From Chthoniobacteraceae bacterium (GTDB taxonomy: Bacteria > Verrucomicrobiota > Verrucomicrobiia > Chthoniobacterales > Chthoniobacteraceae): DNA of 64,000 nucleotides. A program made the position numbers and the translations under genes. This document shows positions 59,822 to 64,000 of the stretch, one piece after another; position 1 is the first letter of the stretch, and each line of letters starts with the position of its first letter. The DNA lies in contig JBBCKI010000002.1 in NCBI GenBank assembly GCA_037190965.1, positions 82,543 to 146,542 of the forward strand, written 5' to 3'. Under the pieces are notes generated by a model. It saw only the letters and a list, made by a program, of their open reading frames with translations, was not told the origin of the DNA and ran no database searches.

Positions 59822-61225
59822 ATGTCGATCCGCTTCTTCAATACCTATTCGCGGCAACTCGAAGAGTTCCGGCCGCTCGATCCGTCCGGGAAAACGGTGA
59901 AAATGTACACCTGCGGGCCGACGGTCTATAATTTCGCGCACATCGGGAACTTTCGCGCCTACATCTTCGAGGATCTGCTTCAGCGGCATCTGGAGCTTCG
60001 CGGTTATCAAGTCCAGCGGGTGATGAACCTGACGGACGTGGACGACAAGACGATTCGCGGCTGCCGCGCGGCGGGCCTGCCTCTCGGCGAGTTCACGCAG
60101 AAATACAAAGACTCCTTCTTCGAAGACCTTCGCACGCTCCGCGTAAAACCGGCGGACACCTTTCCCGCCGCCACGGAGCCGGTCTACGTGGAGCGGATGA
60201 TCGAGATGATCAGCACGCTAGTCGAACGCGGCTTCGCTTACCAGGCCGAAGACGGCTCGGTCTATTTCCGCCTCAGCCGCTTCCCCGATTACGGCAAGCT
60301 GGCCCATCTCAACCTGGAGGAACTCCGGCCCAGCGGGCGGATTCGCAACGACGAATACGAGAAGGAGAGCATCGGCGATTTCGCGCTCTGGAAGGCATGG
60401 GACGAAGCCGACGGCGATGTCGCCTGGGAGAGCCCATGGGGCCGGGGGCGTCCCGGCTGGCATATCGAATGCAGCGCGATGGCCACGGCATTGCTCGGGC
60501 CGGAGATCGACATCCATTGCGGCGGCGTCGACAACATCTTCCCGCACCACGAAGCCGAAATCGCCCAAACCGAGTGCTGCACGGGCAAACGCTTCGTCCG
60601 GTACTGGCTCCACTGCGCGCACCTGATGGTGCAGGGGCAGAAGATGGCGAAATCGTTCGGCAATTTCTACACGCTCCGCGATCTCATCGCCAAGGGATGG
60701 AGCGGCCGCGAGATCCGCTACACGCTCCTGAGCGTCAACTACCGGCTGCCGCTCAACTTCACCTTCGAAGGGCTGGAAGGGGCGCGCGGCGCATTGGGAC
60801 GGATCGACGAATGGGTGGCTCGCCTTACCGAAAAAGCGGGCAATGAACAGACCGCCTCCGAACTCCCGCTGGCCACGCAAACCCGTTTCGAAGAAGCGCT
60901 GGACGACAACCTCAACATCTCCGGCGCGCTCGGCACTCTTTTTGACATCCTCCGCGAATCCAACCGGCTGCTCGATCAGGGCGCCCTGACGCCCGCCGAC
61001 GCTCGGGCGTTGCTCCAATGGTGGAGCCGCGCCAACAGCGTGCTGGAGTTCCAGCGCGAAGAGGAAGCAGTGCCGCCCGCCGTACTGGCGGTGCTGGAAT
61101 CCCGCGCCGCCGCGCGCGCCGCGCGTGATTTCGCCGCGAGCGACCGGCTTCGCGCCGAGATCGAGGCGCTGGGATGGATCGTCAAAGACACCAAGGAAGG
61201 CCAGAAGCTCTCCCGCAAAGCGTAA
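59822..61225 (+). CDS. cysS: Cysteine--tRNA ligase
   Basis: CGPTVY, HIGN, GRPGWHIECS, KMAKS; ATG at 59822. Confidence 0.97.
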   Translation: MSIRFFNTYSRQLEEFRPLDPSGKTVKMYTCGPTVYNFAHIGNFRAYIFEDLLQRHLELRGYQVQRVMNLTDVDDKTIRGCRAAGLPLGEFTQKYKDSFFEDLRTLRVKPADTFPAATEPVYVERMIEMISTLVERGFAYQAEDGSVYFRLSRFPDYGKLAHLNLEELRPSGRIRNDEYEKESIGDFALWKAWDEADGDVAWESPWGRGRPGWHIECSAMATALLGPEIDIHCGGVDNIFPHHEAEIAQTECCTGKRFVRYWLHCAHLMVQGQKMAKSFGNFYTLRDLIAKGWSGREIRYTLLSVNYRLPLNFTFEGLEGARGALGRIDEWVARLTEKAGNEQTASELPLATQTRFEEALDDNLNISGALGTLFDILRESNRLLDQGALTPADARALLQWWSRANSVLEFQREEEAVPPAVLAVLESRAAARAARDFAASDRLRAEIEALGWIVKDTKEGQKLSRKA

Positions 61226-61234
61226 GTTTTTTCC

Positions 61235-61924
61235 ATGAACACCGTGTTCTCCCCGTCCGACTACCTTGACCTCGATCACACCGACCACCGCACTCTTTTT
61301 GAGAACACCACCAATGCGTGGGATGCGCTAAGGCAGATCAGCTCGTACCTTCAGTTCCGGCTCAAGCCGGCCATCCACGCCCGCCTGATCGGCAAGCCGT
61401 TCGTGAGCGGCGCGGTGTTTGTCGGGCGCGGCACGGTGATCGAACAGGGCGCGATGATCAAAGGCCCCGCCTGGATCGGCGAAGGGTGCGAAATTCGCAA
61501 CGGCTGCTACATCCGCGAGAACGTCATCATCGGCAACGGCGTGGTGCTGGGAAATTCGTGCGAGTTCAAGAACTCGATCATCTTCGACGAAGCGCAGGTT
61601 CCCCACTTCAACTACGTGGGCGACTCGATCCTCGGTTACAAGGCGCACCTCGGCGCAGGCGTGATCCTCTCCAACGTGAAGCTCGACAAGAGCGAGATCA
61701 CCGTCTCGGTGGACGGCGGTTTTCTTCCGACGGGCCTCAAAAAATTCGGCGCGCTGATCGGCGACCGCGCGGAGATCGGCTGCAACTCGGTGCTCAGCCC
61801 CGGCTCGGTCATTGGCCGCGACACCATCATCTATCCCGGCACCCAATGGCGCGGGGTGCTCCCCGCCAACAGCATCGTCAAGCACCGGCAGAGCTTGGAG
61901 GTCGTCACCCGACGCAGCCGATAA
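61235..61924 (+). CDS. GlmU-like left-handed beta-helix acetyltransferase (no nucleotidyltransferase domain)
   Basis: Hexapeptide repeats, PHFNYVGDSILG, KFGALIGD. Confidence 0.85.
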   Translation: MNTVFSPSDYLDLDHTDHRTLFENTTNAWDALRQISSYLQFRLKPAIHARLIGKPFVSGAVFVGRGTVIEQGAMIKGPAWIGEGCEIRNGCYIRENVIIGNGVVLGNSCEFKNSIIFDEAQVPHFNYVGDSILGYKAHLGAGVILSNVKLDKSEITVSVDGGFLPTGLKKFGALIGDRAEIGCNSVLSPGSVIGRDTIIYPGTQWRGVLPANSIVKHRQSLEVVTRRSR

Positions 61925-61929
61925 AACAG

Positions 61930-62092
61930 TGGTGCGGCAGCACCGGTAGCACGCTCGCGCCGCCGAGCGCGGGTATCGGCTCCCGTGATCCCCTTGAATC
62001 CGCATCCCAACAACATCAACCGCATCCTGCGGGGATGAATGTCAAACGCGCCTCCAGGTCATCTCCCGCGCTCTCGGCGAGAGCGGACTACC
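61930..62092 (-). repeat. REPIN-like family A, copy A7
   Basis: Both arms plus tail. Confidence 0.92.
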
Positions 62093-62180
62093 TGGCCGTC
62101 CCCCAACCAGTCGTCATTCCGGCATTAAACCGCTGATTTCAGGTTGAGTTTTGCTTCACCCTCTGAAACCTTATCGCCTT

Positions 62181-62786
62181 ATGTCGACTGAACCCGCATC
62201 TCCGGACCTTTTTGAATCGGCTGACTTTTGGGAGGAGAACAAGACCAAGATTCTTCTCTACGGCTCTGTGCTGGTGCTCGCCCTTGCAAGCTTTGGCGTC
62301 TACGAGTTCCAGCGGCAAAGCAAGGCCGCCAGTTCCCAAGCGGCCTACGCACAAGCCTCGACCGAGACGGAGTTGAAGGCCGTAGCCAAAGATTTTGCGG
62401 GCACCCCTTCCGCCGGAGATGCCACTCTCCAACTCGCCGACAAGCTGCGCGAAGAGAAAAAGTACGACGAAGCCGTCACGGTTCTGCGCGATTTCATCGC
62501 CAAATACCCGGAACACCCGCTGATCGCGGGCGGCTGGACCAGCCTCGCAGCCACTTACGAGCTTCAGGGCAAACAGGACGAAGCGCTTGAGGCTTACCAG
62601 CAAACGGCCTCGAAGTTCCCCACTACCTACGCCGCCCCGGTCGCCATGAACGCCCAGGCGCGCCTTCTCGCGGCCAAGGGGAACAAGGACGCGGCATCCC
62701 GCATGTATGAGGACGTGGTCGCCCGTTATCCCGAAAGCATCTACGCCCGCGAAGCGATGCGCGAGATGCGATTCTTGAAGCGCTAG
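62181..62786 (+). CDS. Membrane-anchored TPR protein (YfgM-like)
   Basis: FWEENK, single TM, TPR-like helices. Confidence 0.8.
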   Translation: MSTEPASPDLFESADFWEENKTKILLYGSVLVLALASFGVYEFQRQSKAASSQAAYAQASTETELKAVAKDFAGTPSAGDATLQLADKLREEKKYDEAVTVLRDFIAKYPEHPLIAGGWTSLAATYELQGKQDEALEAYQQTASKFPTTYAAPVAMNAQARLLAAKGNKDAASRMYEDVVARYPESIYAREAMREMRFLKR

Positions 62787-62807
62787 ACGCTCAGGGAAAC
62801 AATCGCT

Positions 62808-62836
62808 CTCGTTCCCAAATTCCGTTTGGGAATGCC
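62808..62836. repeat. Family B, single terminal hairpin B4
   Basis: CTCGTTCCCAAATTCCGTTTGGGAATGCC. Confidence 0.75.
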
Positions 62837-62842
62837 AGTCAT

Positions 62843-62922
62843 GGAGGCGAAGACCCGACCGGCGCGGCAGCGCCCTCGACGGAGGGCGGAGCTCCGCGAC
62901 GCCGCCACCGCCAAAGGCGCTC
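62843..62922 (-). repeat. Family C, half copy C3
   Basis: Reverse complement matches the left half of C1. Confidence 0.8.
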
Positions 62923-62941
62923 AATTCTGCCTCCTCGAAAA

Positions 62942-63502
62942 TTATCGCGCCAGCCTTTGCCATTCCTCCAAAACGCTTCCTTGTAGATTGAAACAAGGAA
63001 TCCCCAACCGGCGAGCCAAGGTGATCGCCATGGCCGTGCCACCCTGCACCATGCCGTCGCGTTCGGGTGCCCAGTAGAGGACGAAATCCACGGGGGAAAG
63101 AACTGACTTCCCGAGAATCTGATGGCAATTTCGGGCGTGGAGCCGCTTTGCAGCGGGAGAGCAGGCGTTCCATGCCGGATGAAGAAACCTCGCAAGAAGG
63201 AACGCAGCACGGCATGGAGAATAGAGCAGTGATGGATGCTCGTTGAACCCTCTCCACGGAAGATAGATTTCCTTCTTCCCGTTCTTGAAGTCGCATCCCG
63301 CTTCGAACGCCGCGTCAGCTCCCGTTGAACCGCCGCTCCGCAGAGTCAGCCCGGCTTCCGCCAACGTCCCGCCCAGTGAGACCATGACCCGAAGGATAGG
63401 GTCTAGGGTGCTACGCGAACCGATGCCGGCGTAAATTTTTGACGTCTTGAGAAGGAGCGAGGGAGGGAAACCGCTCTTGGTACTTATCAACATGAAACCC
63501 AT
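62942..63502 (-). CDS. SLOG-superfamily (DprA/Smf-like) protein
   Basis: YAGIGSR, LRSGGSTGADAAFE, IYLPW, HARN, GGTAMA; start uncertain. Confidence 0.8.
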   Translation of the reverse strand: MGFMLISTKSGFPPSLLLKTSKIYAGIGSRSTLDPILRVMVSLGGTLAEAGLTLRSGGSTGADAAFEAGCDFKNGKKEIYLPWRGFNEHPSLLYSPCRAAFLLARFLHPAWNACSPAAKRLHARNCHQILGKSVLSPVDFVLYWAPERDGMVQGGTAMAITLARRLGIPCFNLQGSVLEEWQRLAR

Positions 63503-63587
63503 TCTGCCGCATGACAGGGTGGAACGCCAGCGTCAAATGAGACGCCAGCGTCTCACATCAAAAGCGATTCGTAAGCACTGTTTGCTT

Positions 63588-63833
63588 ATGAGTGAGCGCC
63601 TCTGCCCTCGCCCCCATCGAGGAAAAATGAACGTAACCGGAGCGAAGCTGAGAAAGCTCCGCGAGGCAGCTGGCTGGAGCCAGGCGGGATTTGCCGCCGA
63701 ACTCCAACGCCACGGCTGGGACATCGATCGCGCCGTGCTGGTACGACTGGAAAGCGGGAAACGCTCGACCGTCGATTACGAGATCGAGTTTATTCTGAAG
63801 GTCCTCGGGAAAACATGGACGGATCTAGGATAA
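63588..63833 (+). CDS. XRE-family HTH regulator
   Basis: LRKLREAAGWSQ..FAAELQ..GW.IDR..LVRLESGKR; start 63588 or 63627. Confidence 0.85.
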   Translation: MSERLCPRPHRGKMNVTGAKLRKLREAAGWSQAGFAAELQRHGWDIDRAVLVRLESGKRSTVDYEIEFILKVLGKTWTDLG

Positions 63834-63846
63834 TGCTCCAAAAGTA

Positions 63847-64000
63847 TGGTGCGGCAGCACCGGTAGCCCGCTCTCGCCGAGAGCGCGAGTATCGGCTCCC
63901 GTGGCTTCATAAACGTCGCATTCCAATACTAGCAACCCGTCCGGCGGGGGATGTACGCCCAACGCCCCCCCTTCACTGATCCCGTGCTCTCGGCGAGAGC
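63847..64000 (-). repeat. REPIN-like family A, copy A8 (runs off the window)
   Basis: Tail, arm, spacer and most of the second arm. Confidence 0.9.

Overview
High-GC bacterial chromosome segment. The gene repertoire (long Chlamydia/PVC-type GreA, GltX lacking the Zn-binding insert, stand-alone GlmU-like acetyltransferase, many starts without Shine-Dalgarno sites) suggests a Verrucomicrobiota (Chthoniobacterales-like) organism; this is inference, not a database result. Housekeeping blocks (gltX/hisC, hisI-trpE-trpG, rluD-like/udg, radC-lpxA-dnaX-ybaB, greA-suhB-ispF, cysS) alternate with accessory blocks. These are a uxuB-like/LarA-family/gntK sugar-acid cluster, a BlaI/M56 pair, glf/GT/GH2, a decarboxylase/ATP-grasp block, a sugar catabolic cluster, a GtrA/GT-C/flavoprotein glycosylation cluster with three small Cys-containing lipoproteins, and a SLOG/XRE pair. 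Intergenic space holds at least 15 full or partial copies of three REP/REPIN-like families. The best new signal is an unannotated 10-residue leader peptide, MRRILHWWHR, with a terminator and a plausible antiterminator in front of a mixed hisI-trpE-trpG operon: a candidate dual His/Trp-sensing attenuator. No tRNA, rRNA, CRISPR array, integrase or transposase was recognised. All product calls come from motif recognition by eye.
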